A stretch of 63,662 nt of DNA, the filler included, from Octopus bimaculoides (Eukaryota), in assembly GCF_001194135.2 (NCBI RefSeq). It is 6 parts of 4 records of this genome, joined end to end, with 100 filler letters (N's around TTAATTAATTAA, not from the genome) between each part and the next. Parts side by side here need not be neighbours in the genome. Positions count along the whole stretch, not along the records: positions 1 to 24,288 come from NC_068985.1; 5 more parts are not named here. One strand, written 5' to 3'. The notes under the pieces are model-generated. The model saw nothing but the letters and a program-made list of their open reading frames with translations, did no database searches and was not told the origin of the DNA. Both the position numbers and the translations under genes were made by a program. Shown piece after piece: positions 1 to 10,960 of the stretch (positions are counted from its first letter, which is position 1; each line of letters begins with the position of its first letter).

Positions 1-80
1 ATACATACATACATACACATATATATATATACACACATATATATATACACACATATATATATATATACACATATATAGAT
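1..80. repeat. (AT)n/(AC)n microsatellite mosaic
   Basis: Visible dinucleotide runs. Confidence 0.95.
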
Positions 81-1039
81 ATATATAAATATGAGTATAG
101 GTTTACTCTGTACATCTGTCTTTATTTTTTTAAGATTTTAATTGTCACTTTTTTTTTTAGATTTTAATTGTCACTCTTAACAAAGCTTACTTATATTAAA
201 CAAACACTCAGACTTTTAAATTTCTTATTTAAAAAGAAAATATCAGACATTGCGATTCCCAGCCATGTTGGTTCACTGAAAATGCTGCAAAGCATTAGCT
301 TGAAGTGAGGAGACAGGTGTGGTTGCAAATTGAACTTTTGTTTTTGTGGCATAGACTTCCTAATATGATAAAATGTTTAAAAGGAAATATTTCTTTATTT
401 TATACCCCACCCTCTCCATTTCCATAACCATTAATGGGGTTGATAAAATGTGAAAAGGCTTTGTCGAAAAATAAAATTTTGCCTACTTTTTCTATTCATC
501 TCATTGACTTGATTTATCTATACTGGACTGGTTTTTTTTCTGCACCCTTTTATTAAAAATCGTTTGATATTAACATGGATTCATTTCTATTGAAAAAGGC
601 CAACTTTTAATCAAAAATGGGAGAGTAAGGCCAAAAGCTGAATTTTAATCACAATATGTTATTTTACAAGAAAAGTACAGATTAATTGGTTTATAAGAAC
701 GTGCTCATTGAAAGAATCTTTTAGTGAAAACCTTGTTAAAAAATATTTATAAAAACAACTTACGTGGCTTTGTGACAAAGAAAACAAAACAGTAACCTCC
801 AAAATTGACTTTGACTCAAAATTTCTTTGCTAGTAAAAGAAAACTTAACAAATGAAACAGCTGAGATGAATCTTATGAGCACGTTGTCAAAAAATGTGGT
901 GTAGCTTTAAAAAGAGTATAATAATGAAATACAAGAGTATAAAAAACAAGTCAAGTGGATATTAATCTAGGTTATCAGGTAAGATTAAGGTTTTAGTATC
1001 TTTACACTGTGGTATGTCTATGATTCAAGTGTGAGGAAA

Positions 1040-1360
1040 TGAAAAGGGAATTTCTCTCACGGGTTTTCTTTTCTGCCTCACCTTCAACCAGGTACACCAG
1101 GTGCCCTAATAATTATGTAGTGTTCCATATTACCACCATCCTTCCAGTCTTTCCAAGCTAGTCTTAATTATTCTATCACACACTTTAACTACTTCTTATT
1201 TTATCTATCTTTTTCTCACCCAGAAAAGTTTCAACTGCTGTTTACTACCTGTGAGAAGTTTAGTTAAAGATCCTTTCGATCTTATGTCTTTCACACACAA
1301 CACATCCATTCATTTCTGCTTCGGCATCTCCACAATCTCACTGGACCTACTTTTCAATCA
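1040..1360 (-). mobile_element. Decayed RTE-clade LINE, N-terminal APE endonuclease remnant
   Basis: Hand translation of minus strand gives RSSEIVEMPKQK*MDVLCVKDIRSKGSLTKLLTG and EVVKVCDRIIK, matching the start of RTE-type APE domains; stops and frameshifts present. Confidence 0.65.
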
Positions 1361-2174
1361 CTGCTCTCGTCTTTTGGAACCTACAGAAGAAAAGAGCCAG
1401 TCTTATATGGTGAGGCTGCTTGATTCTTTTATTCAGTATCTGGCTGCCTCTGTACTTGTGAGAAATAAGATAAGTTGGGCCCTGCTTGGTCAGCAAATGG
1501 TATATTAAGAAGCTTGATTTATTTTCGCTTTCATTAAACTTGCTGTCATTCATTCATTTATTTGCCCAACAGTCATACATGTTACATCAGGTGCACTTGA
1601 AAATTTAAGTAAAATAAGTAGATTGGATAGGCTTCGAAATGCCCCAATGTAATGATAGGTATTATGTGATCTTGCTGTGTGGTGAAGACCTGTGTACCAC
1701 CATTGGGATTGGAGTGGGGAAGCTTGTTACTGATTGGGGATAACCTTCACCCACACCCCAGTATGGAGTGTGGGTGAAGGTTTTGTGAACGAACAGGCCA
1801 CAGATCTCATGGTGATGAACAGAAGACGGTGTCAGGGGAGAAACTTAGTGCCAACAAATTATGAAGGATATCTGAAAGCCTCCAGCAAATGAGTGTCCAT
1901 TTGAGCTGTATAACAAAGTTCACACAAACAGGAAGACAGAGGGGTTGGCATGTGTATCTAGAGGTACAAAAATTAGATGAAAGGAAATTATGGACTGTTT
2001 ATAATATCCAAACTGTTTATATAAGAGTTACATTTAGTGCCTAAGAAAAGCTATTTCACATTTAAAACAGTATTTACAATGTTGCTATTAGATTCTTGGT
2101 TTTCTTGCGAAATAATGTAAATTATTTAATAAATATCAGTTGTTGATATTTATTTAATAATTTACATTATATCC

Positions 2175-2285
2175 ACTGTCTAAGCTTATGGGTGAAGGTT
2201 AGTGACAGGAAAATCGGTCTTCAATAAGCTCCATCCAAACCAAGCAAAGATTGAAAAATGGGCATTAAAATAATAAAATAATGAT
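2175..2285 (+). mobile_element. Degenerate RTE-type 3' tail fragment
   Basis: ggtgaaggttagtgacaggaa...ccaagcaaagattgaaaaatgggcattaaa resembles the RTE 3' ends at 9760-9935 and 13120-13255. Confidence 0.4.
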
Positions 2286-2549
2286 ACATGAGTGTCAGAA
2301 GATGTGAACTATTTTGATAGATTCAAAAATATCACTGAATCTGTAAGTCAAAAGTATTTCAGCCCACATCTCTAGACTTTCAGTGAATGTGATCTTTGGT
2401 AAAAATGAAAAATATAATGTGCTAACAGAAGTAGATTATAGGGATAGGTAACTTACTATTTAACCTCGTAAACCAAACAGAAGCATTGCAAGGGAATAGT
2501 ATAAACTGGGGGAAGGGGACTCGTAGGCGTAAAGTAAAATCAGCAGGCA

Positions 2550-3660
2550 GCACCCATAATAGAAACAGCAGAAATAATTGGATTTTAGACTGGGTTGGTA
2601 ACATAAGCAATAATAATAATAAGTAACAAGCATGATAAAGAAAGTGCAGTTAAACCCCCTAACAAAACTAATAGCCTAAGCAATAATACTTGGACAGACA
2701 TCACAAATAAAAACAACCCCCTTACAAAAAGGATTGTACTGTGCTCTACTAATATAAAAAAAAGTTTACTACAGCTTCAAGGATAAAACCCTTGGAAAAA
2801 CCAAATGTTTTCACAAAAGAACAAATAGGTCGAGGGCTACATTGTGACCTAATGAGTATTCAGTAGATGAACAGCTAACATTCTAGCAAAATTTTTCAGC
2901 ACCTATAGATAGGTATTTTCCTAAATCAAACAAATACAATAGGATCTTTAACCAGCACACTATTAGATTGGCTTTTTCCACTAGCACGTAACACTAGGAG
3001 AATATCTGAGTTCCAGAAGAAAAAAGTCCGCAGTAAAGTAGTTAATACAAATAATGATACTTTTAGTGATAACCATCATGCTCATAGGACCATAAAGGTA
3101 GGTAGTCGACCTAGGGAGATTTTGAATACTGCATGTTGAGGCGATAGGGAAATGCACACCAAAAAGGAGGTAAGCTGTGGAAGGTAGACAACCTTTACAA
3201 TTTCTAACTCAGCTGGACCAGATAGAGTAAATGCTAGACAAAAGATTATAGCCGTGATGTAAACATTAGTAGATTTGTAAAGAAATGGAGAAGGTGTCTA
3301 ATTATGGCTCCACTAACACAAACAAGGTTAATAACAATAAAAGTCTTTGTAACTGAGGCAAGAATAAAATCTTCCCCCTAAATGCTCAATGTCTGAGGAA
3401 AAATATAGTATACAAGTGTAGGGTTGCATCAGGAGCAAATTTGCATATTTATATTGGTGCATTCTCAACAAATTTAAGGCGAGAATAGAAAATCATTTAG
3501 GGATAGAGAAAATGCATAGCATGAGATTAAGTATATTTATCTGGCCCCCTTAATGCAATCACTAACTTTGATATAGAATGGGAAATAATAGGTGTAGTTG
3601 AACCTTGCGTAATCAGGGTGGAGGTGCATTTTATGCATTGATATCCTCCATATTTTCATG
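2550..3660 (+). mobile_element. Decayed Penelope-like element: RT thumb plus C-terminal GIY-YIG endonuclease (Hydra-clade-like)
   Basis: Hand translation: IIETAEIIGF(L)D at ~2556; RYFPKSNKYNRIFNQHTIRLAFST at 2911-2982; CN*GKNKIFPLNAQCLRKNIVYKCRVASGANLHIYIG at 3348-3458; RLSIFIWPLN..FDIEWEII and RCILC at 3622-3636. Many stops and frameshifts. Confidence 0.78.
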
Positions 3661-4178
3661 TTGTTGCTTCATTGTGGACAAGACCAGAACCTAAGCTGTC
3701 CACACCTTTACAGAAGGATATTCAAATTTTTCAGTGGAAGGGATTTGTAATTAAACTCCACATCAGTAGGAGGTACCCAACTTCACTTGCAAAATATCAG
3801 TGTAATATCTAGTTAGCTTATATAAAATAGTAATCCATATTCTCCATACATAGAACTACATCTAAATTAAGACTTGATTTATACAACAAAAGCTTAAAAT
3901 TGGCATTGCAAGTAAATCTACATGTCTCATGCTGAATTATTTCAGAATTGGTAACCAGTAATTGAGTGCAATATTTCCACCAGAAGCTAAAGATTTTACA
4001 AAAGTATACTTTGACCCAATGAAAGGTCTACTATTCAAAATTCAAACCAAGGGTCAGGGTAGGATCAATCTCATAGCAGTATCAGGTTTCTTCTCATACT
4101 TGAAAACTATAATAACCTACCAAATATAGTGCTACCGAAACCTACGTACATTTAGTTCCCTACATATTCATTAACTGT

Positions 4179-4213
<35 letters not shown>

Positions 4214-4215
4214 TA

Positions 4216-4429
4216 CTGTAGCCTCGACCAACCAAAGCTTTGTATTCTCCCCACCATCACTTGACAACTTATGCTGGTGTGTTTACATCCTTGTTTCTTG
4301 GCAGTTTAGCAAAAAAGGCTGATAGAATAAGTCCTAGGCTTCCAAAGAATAAGTCTTGGTGACAGATTGTTTGAATAAAAGCTGTGCTCCAGCTTAGCTA
4401 CAGTCAAATGACTGAAACAAATAAAAGAA
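4216..4429 (+). mobile_element. SINE family A, partial (central and 3' part)
   Basis: gcctcgaccaaccaaagc...gtcaaatgactgaaacaaataaaaga shared with copies at 24730, 35565 and 58015. Confidence 0.7.
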
Positions 4430-4472
4430 TATGTATATAATGTATGTCTGTATATATATATATATATATATA

Positions 4473-4742
4473 TGTTGTTGGGACTCCGTCGGTTACGACG
4501 ACGAGGGTTCCAGTTGATCCGATCAACGGAACAGCCTGCTCGTGAAATTAACGAGCAAGTGGCTGAGCACTCCACAGACACGTGTACCCTTAGCGTAGTT
4601 TTCAAGGAGATTCAGCGAGACACAGTGTGGCAAGGCTGGCCCTTTGAAATACAGGGAGAAAGTTGTGGTAAAAGAGTACAGCAGGGTTCGCCACCGTCCC
4701 CTGCCGGAGGAGCAAGGAATTTTAGGCCTTTTCGCTCAATAA
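4473..4742 (-). mobile_element. SINE family B (tRNA-headed), 5' part lost in gap
   Basis: Reverse complement of the 29077-29446 and 42086-42343 copies (gcaagtggctgagcactccacagacacgtgtaccctt core). Confidence 0.85.
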
Positions 4743-4780
4743 NNNNNNNNNNNNNNNNNNNNNATATATATATATATATA

Positions 4781-5427
4781 TATATCATCATCATCGTTTA
4801 ACGTCCGCTTTCCATGCTAGCATGGGTTGAACAATTTGACTGAGGGCTGGTGAACCAGATGGCTACACCAGGCTCCAATCTGACTTGGCAGAGTTTCTAC
4901 AGCTGGATGCCTTCCCTAACGCCCGGCACGAAGGCCAGTCAAGAGGTACTGACAATGGCCATGCTTGAAATGGTGTATTTTATGTGCCACCTGCACAGGA
5001 GCCAGTTCAGCGATACTGGCAACGAACTTGCTTGAATGTCTTTTCAAGTGCCAGGAAGGCGACGTTGGTAACGATCATGCTATATATGTGCCGCTGGCAT
5101 GGAAGCCAGACAGCCAGTGCTCTGGCAACAATCACGCTTGGATGGTGCTCTTAGTGATCTACTGGTACAGGTGCCATCACGATTTCGCTTTCGCTTGCCC
5201 CAACAGGTCTTCGCAAGCCGAGTATAGTGTTCAATGAAGAGACGTTGGCATGGGTGCCAGTCTACAAATTTAGTTCAATTTCAATTTCACTTGCCTCAAC
5301 AGGTCTTCGCAAGTGGAGTTTAGTGTCCAATGAAGGAATGTTAAGCGTAAGTGGGCTGGCTACATCCCTGGCAGAGGCCTTGGATTTTGGTCTCACTTGG
5401 CTTGCCGGGTCTTCTCAAGCACAGCAT
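4781..5427 (-). mobile_element. RTE LINE 3' UTR copy with (GAT)n tail
   Basis: Reverse complement of 12420-13274, including the ccatgctagcatgg palindrome and cat/gat tail. Confidence 0.85.
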
Positions 5428-5575
5428 ATTTCCAAATAATATATATATAGTATATATATATGTATGTGTATATATAGTATATATATGTATGTATGTATTT
5501 TATGTCTATATTATATATATATGTATGTATATATTGTATATCTATTTTATATATATATTCTATGTATTATGTATG

Positions 5576-7997
5576 CAGGCATACCTCGTTTTGATTTACA
5601 TCGGATTTCAAAAATAAAAACAAGTCAAGTCATTTTACTCGACATTGTCTGCTACACATATTGGATTCGTAAAATTGCTAGAAAACTGTTAAAAGCACTA
5701 GAATCATGTTACTGTGCAATAAATAAGAATAGCATAAAATCATATTAAAATAAGTACAGTAAATGTTAAGATACACACCATAAAGTAGTGTAGCCTAGTG
5801 AACGAAATCTTGAAAATCAGCTGTGATGTCTTATTGGTCTTTTGGAGATCATATTGCAGTGTAGTTCCAATATCTACCATTAGGCATTGTCGTCACTAAT
5901 GATCCCCACGATTGTTTTGAATTCAGATTTGTTTACGTCTCTTTATCATTTGCTTTCTCATTCATTTGTGACCTTATTTTTTGGCCCATGGCTCCTATGA
6001 AAATTCATAGTGAAAGTGCTAAACATCATGCTATAATGCTGAAAGATAAAGTGGCTATGAAAAAAGGTGAAAAAGTGGTAGCAATTGCACACTCTTTTGG
6101 GATGAGTCGGACAACTGCATCGACGATAAGGACAAGATTTTAGCACATATCAAATCTGACACATCAGGAATGAAGAACACTGTCATCAATAAGAAAAGAG
6201 GCATAATCTTTGGAGAAATGACAAGTCTTCTTTCTCTTTGGATTGTTAGGTTGAATCGTCAGTGTGCTACTATTAGTCAAGAAATCATTCACGAGAAAGC
6301 GTTGTCTTTGGGGACCTGAAGAAAAAATTATCTGCATGAGAAAGATGTGGAATTCAAGACAAGCCAGGGATGCTTCATGAGATTTAAGGAGCGAAGAAGT
6401 TATCACTCCATTAAGAAGCAAGGTGAAAGTGCATTAGCTGATGAACAAGCAGCAGTGGAATTTCCTAATGCATTAAAGAAAATGGGTTTCTTTCCGAACA
6501 GATTTTTGACGTAGACGAAACTGGATTGTATTGGAAAAAATTACCAGACTGTTCATTCATTTCCAAGGAGGAGAAAAGTATTATGAGCTATAAGGTCTCA
6601 AAAGAATGTGTCCATTATGTTGAAAGGTAATTGCGCAGATTGTAAGTTAAAGCCATTGCGTGTGCATCATGCACACAACCCCCATGCCCTGAAGAACATA
6701 TCAAAGGCATCTCTCGTTATATGGATGACGAATTCAAAAGTATGGATTACTGTTGTTTTTGAAGATTAGTTTTTCAATCATTTTATCCCAGCAGCAGAGA
6801 ATTACTTTAAGGAGAAGAGGCTTTCATTCTAAGGTTTTACTTATCTTAGATAATGCTCCTGACCACCTGCAAAACATTACAGATTTTGACCCCAGCGTTA
6901 CCGTTGTATACCTCCTTCTGAACACCACGACTCTTCTGCAGGGAATAATCGCTATCTTCACATATGTGAAGCATATGCTGCAGCAAGCAATAGCTGCATC
7001 TGAATTTTTTGAGTCCATCACACTTCGTGACTTTTGGAAGAGATACATCTACAAGGCTGTGCATAACATAGCAGTGGCATGGAATGTTGTACAGAGCACA
7101 ACTATGAATGGTGTATGGAAGAAGCTATGCCCACAATTCGTGAATGATTTTAAGGGGTTTGACAGTTGCTTTCAACAAAACACTGGTGACTATGAGCAAA
7201 GAACTGGAAATGGATTTGGAGGAGGAGGATTTCACAGATTTATTTAAAAAAGACAATCAGGCCCTGACAAATGAGGATTTGATAGAGCTTCATGAGTAGC
7301 AAAATAAAGAAGAGGAAGTCAAACCTGAGCCATGTCACTTTACCATTAAGAAAATGCAACAAGCATTTGCAAATATTGAAAAAGGTCTTTCTATGTTCGA
7401 GGATACCGATCCAAATGCTCAATGCTTTTCGAAGATTATGGGGGCTTGTCATGAAGCTTTTGCTCCTTAGAAGGTAATCCTTGAGGAAAAGAAGACAGTT
7501 TCAGGAACTCTCAACCAGTTTTTTAAGTGTATCGAACAACAAGAACAGTCAGTCAACTATTGATGTTGACGATCCACAGCCATCTACATCCGCAATGTAA
7601 ACGACCCAATTGTAGGCCATATGGGTCACTTTAAAATAGTTAAGATTTTTTTACTATTGCAAAATGATAATTAGTGAATTTGTTTTTTAAGCTTAAAAAA
7701 GGCTCTTATTTTACCATGTCTTAGTGCAAACCACATTCATAAATAAAGAGTCGGCACTATATGGTAAACACCGCCAAATTGTATTCGTAAATTTAGATTA
7801 CTTTTTTTTTACTGTTCAGTATTTAAAAATGAAAATTATCTGTTTGTATGCATAAAATAAGTATTTTTTAACCAAGTATTATTGAAAATGCATTCATAAA
7901 TAAAGTACAGAACTGGGAATGATTATCATTAGTTTAGCCTAGAGACAAGTTAATTCGACTCATGTCTCCTGGAACGACGTAGGGTAAGGTATGCCTA
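5576..7997 (+). mobile_element. Full-length Tigger/pogo (Tc1-mariner superfamily) DNA transposon, ~2.42 kb
   Basis: Left end CAGGCATACCTCGTTTT, right end AGGTATGCCT(A) followed by TA; internal decayed transposase. Confidence 0.92.
6030..7560 (+). pseudogene. Tigger/pogo transposase pseudogene (HTH-psq, CENP-B-like, DDE_1)
   Basis: GEKVVAIAHSFGMSRTTASTI; PEQIFDVDETGLYWKKLP; LILDNAPDH; LLNTTTLLQGIIAIF lacking PMDQ; stops and frameshifts. Confidence 0.9.
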
Positions 7998-8991
7998 TAT
8001 ATGTATATTATATGTGTGTGAAGGTGCATGGTTTAGTGGCTGACAGGATAAATTATGGTCAGCAATGCATCAGTCTCATCAGAAAGGATATAAGTAACAA
8101 ACTCGTCAAACTGACATGTTAACAAAAATAGAAAGTCCTATAATATATAACGTATTTATATTCATATGTACGCACTCAACTATGTGACATGTAAATATAA
8201 ATATTATATACCTACAACAAAACAAACGTATGCAAACACATCTACATAGACACAATATACATACACATAAATATATACATGTCTGTATATATATAATATA
8301 GGAGGGGTTTTCTTTGTTTTATTTTGCACAAGAACATTATGATTTTTCAAGTGAGAGGTGTATGTTATTAATTTTAATATTTTTAATATAATCTTAAACA
8401 ATATCTATTTCTGCCTCCATCGCCACTTGTCTTTTATTTTCCCCTTCTATAGTTGGTTAAGTAATTTCTTCCTAGTAATGCTACATTAGTTGTGTTTGTA
8501 CCATTAGTAACTTTAACTAAATATTCCCGCTCTTCTCCTTGTAAGCATGTATATTGTTATTATTATTTCTCAACAAAATATCCTGTACCTTGCGTTAATA
8601 TCCGTATATTAATATAATATATTACAAAGCTATAATGCTTTATTTATTTTTTATATTTACATTCTTCGCTTTAAATTAGTATATCATTATTTTTTTCCTT
8701 AAGGGGAAATTTTTATATGATGAACTCTCTTGATTCTCTCCCTTCCTCCACATTTGGATTAGCTTACAGTTTACGGTTTCAGTTTACTTTGCTGTGATCC
8801 ATTTTGCCCCTTCCCCTATTTTAATCATTTAATTTAAACCTTTAGTATAGTGTTTATAGCCCACCCTCCCGTTATAACTCTGTAAACCAGCGTTCTTATT
8901 TCTAACGGTCACTTACTTGGCCATATAATATAATATTATAACTCGTAAGTTACCTTATCATTTCGCATTTGTCTTGCTTCTATATGTTGGC

Positions 8992-9076
8992 TCCCTGATG
9001 ATGAATATATGTGCAATTCCAGCAGCTCTTACTTCTTTGGAGTAGAGTGCACATATATTTTGAAACATATGTAGGA
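8992..9076 (+). ncRNA. Type I hammerhead ribozyme (PLE pLTR-like)
   Basis: tcc-CTGATGA(8995-9001), 13-bp stem II (9003-9015/9048-9060), GAAAC(9062), ATAT, GTA, gga. Confidence 0.78.
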
Positions 9077-9194
9077 ATATTTATATGCATTTTGCTCCAT
9101 TTATTGTTATTATTCATAACTACTCAAAATGCATCGCTTTAACTTGGTATCTCTACCTATCAAAAGGGGTGTGATATCCTGGTTTNNNNNNNNN

Positions 9195-9957
9195 NAGGGC
9201 ATCCAGCTGTAGATACTCTGTCAAATGCTGTGCGTGAGAAAACCCAGCAAGCCAAGTGAGATCTAAATCTAAGGCTTCAGCCAGTCCACTTAGGCGTACC
9301 TTCCTTCATTGGACACTAAACTCCACTTGCGAAGACCGGTTGAAGCAAGTGAAATCGAAATCGAGTTAAATTGGACACGAAACTCAGCTTGCGAAGACTT
9401 ATTGGGGCAAGCGAAAGCGAATTTGTGATGGCACCTGTGCCCAGCATCGCCTTACTGGCACTTGTGCCCGTGGCATGTCTAAGGACTTTCGAGTGAGATG
9501 GTTGCCAGTGCCCCTGGACTGGCTCTTGTGTGGGTGGCATATAAAATACACCATTTTGAGCGTGGCCGTTGCCAGTACCGCCCGACTGGCCTTCATAGGA
9601 TTTCTGAGCGAGATCGTTGCCAGTGCCCCTGGACTGGCTCTTGTGCGGGTGGCACATAAAATATACCATTTTCAGCGTGGCTGTTGCCAGTACCACCTGA
9701 CTGGCCTCCGTGCGGGTGACATGTAAAAGCACCCACTACACTCTCTGAGTGGTTGGCGTTAGGAAGGGCATCCAGCCGTAGAAACTCTGCCAAATTAGAT
9801 TGGAGCCTGGTGTAACCATCTGNNNNNNNNNNAACTCTGCCAAATTAGATTGGAGCCTGGTGTAACCATCTGGTTTCACCAGTCCTCAGTCAAATCGTCC
9901 AACCCATGCTAGCATGGAAAGCGGACGTTAAACGACGATGATGATGATGATGATGAT
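9195..9957 (+). mobile_element. RTE LINE 3' UTR copy with (GAT)n tail
   Basis: Matches 12440-13274; ends cggacgttaaacgacgatgatgatg. Confidence 0.88.
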
Positions 9958-10071
9958 TTTCCTATATACATAAATATATACATATAGAAACATATGCATA
10001 TATATTCGATTGACCGTTGACTGAACACTATTCAATTTTTTTTCTCCGTGTTTTTCTCCTTGTCTCCGTAT

Positions 10072-10108
10072 TCTTTCTGTTGAAGAGCGTAGCTCGAAAC
10101 GTCAAAGA
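10072..10108 (+). ncRNA. Minimal hammerhead-like motif (core variant CUGUUGA)
   Basis: tcttt-CTGTTGA-A-GAG cgtag CTC-GAAAC-GTC-aaaga; stems I (5 bp) and II (3 bp) pair. Confidence 0.55.
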
Positions 10109-10960
10109 CTTTCCGTATTCCCGAGCGTCATACTAATATATACTTTTGTTATTTACACCACCTGTCCTCGTCTGTTGTTATTTTTTGTATATTCTCCCAT
10201 ATATATTCGAATACATACATAGGCAGAAATATACTCACAGACATGCATATTCTCACATCAACAACATAGAAACATATGCTAAAGTATACATTTACGACCA
10301 CATACTTATGCACATAAACAAACAACAATCATATACACAAGAGCACATATCCCAAAACATCGATAGACCCAAACAGAATTGTCTACACATACTTACTTAA
10401 GCACATATACGTTATTGTTCATTCACAAAATACATACATACGAATGGGACACTAGGAATTTAAAATGATGTGATCAAAATAAACAAGATATTGTGATAGG
10501 AGAAGATGTATAGAAAGATTGGGAGGAGGTAAGAAAGGGAGTATAAAACAGTAAACAGGGGAGAGGAATGGGCAAATTGGAGATATTAAAGAATGCATGA
10601 AAAAAAAGAAAAGAAGGGGAGAGGAGTGAAAAATTATGGGGAGTAAGATGGATGAAAAAATAGAAGAAAATTTGCAGAAATTATTATTAGGCTGTGGGAG
10701 TTCACACACACACATGCCAAAACATCGACACTATAACAAACTCATACACACACTAATCACATGTACATTATTGTGCACACCAAAACATACATACATATGT
10801 ATGTATATTTTGCAATGGTTTTAGATTGTCTTTGACAATCAAATTCATATAGAATTCTCATAGGTGGAATTAAAAAAAATATATAGTTATGTTAATTTTT
10901 GTTGAGGACTTTTTTTGTGACGTATAGTTCTGTGATCTTTTGGAACTTTGAATTTTCCTT

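Noticed and set aside
247-960. Coding-looking stretch (HCDSQPCWFTENAAK..; ..NEIQEYKKQVKW) with an AG..GT-bounded 70-nt block
   Set aside because: All three frames of the block contain stops and I recognise no family.
3660-4170. Searched for a SECIS downstream of the TGA-containing PLE; small hairpins at ~3673-3704 and ~3932-3945, and ATGA at ~4019
   Set aside because: No AUGA/GA quartet with an 11-12-bp helix II and apical AA could be built by eye.
9783-9872. 40-bp direct repeat either side of a 10-N gap
   Set aside because: Typical unmerged contig overlap; absent from the 13150 copy.
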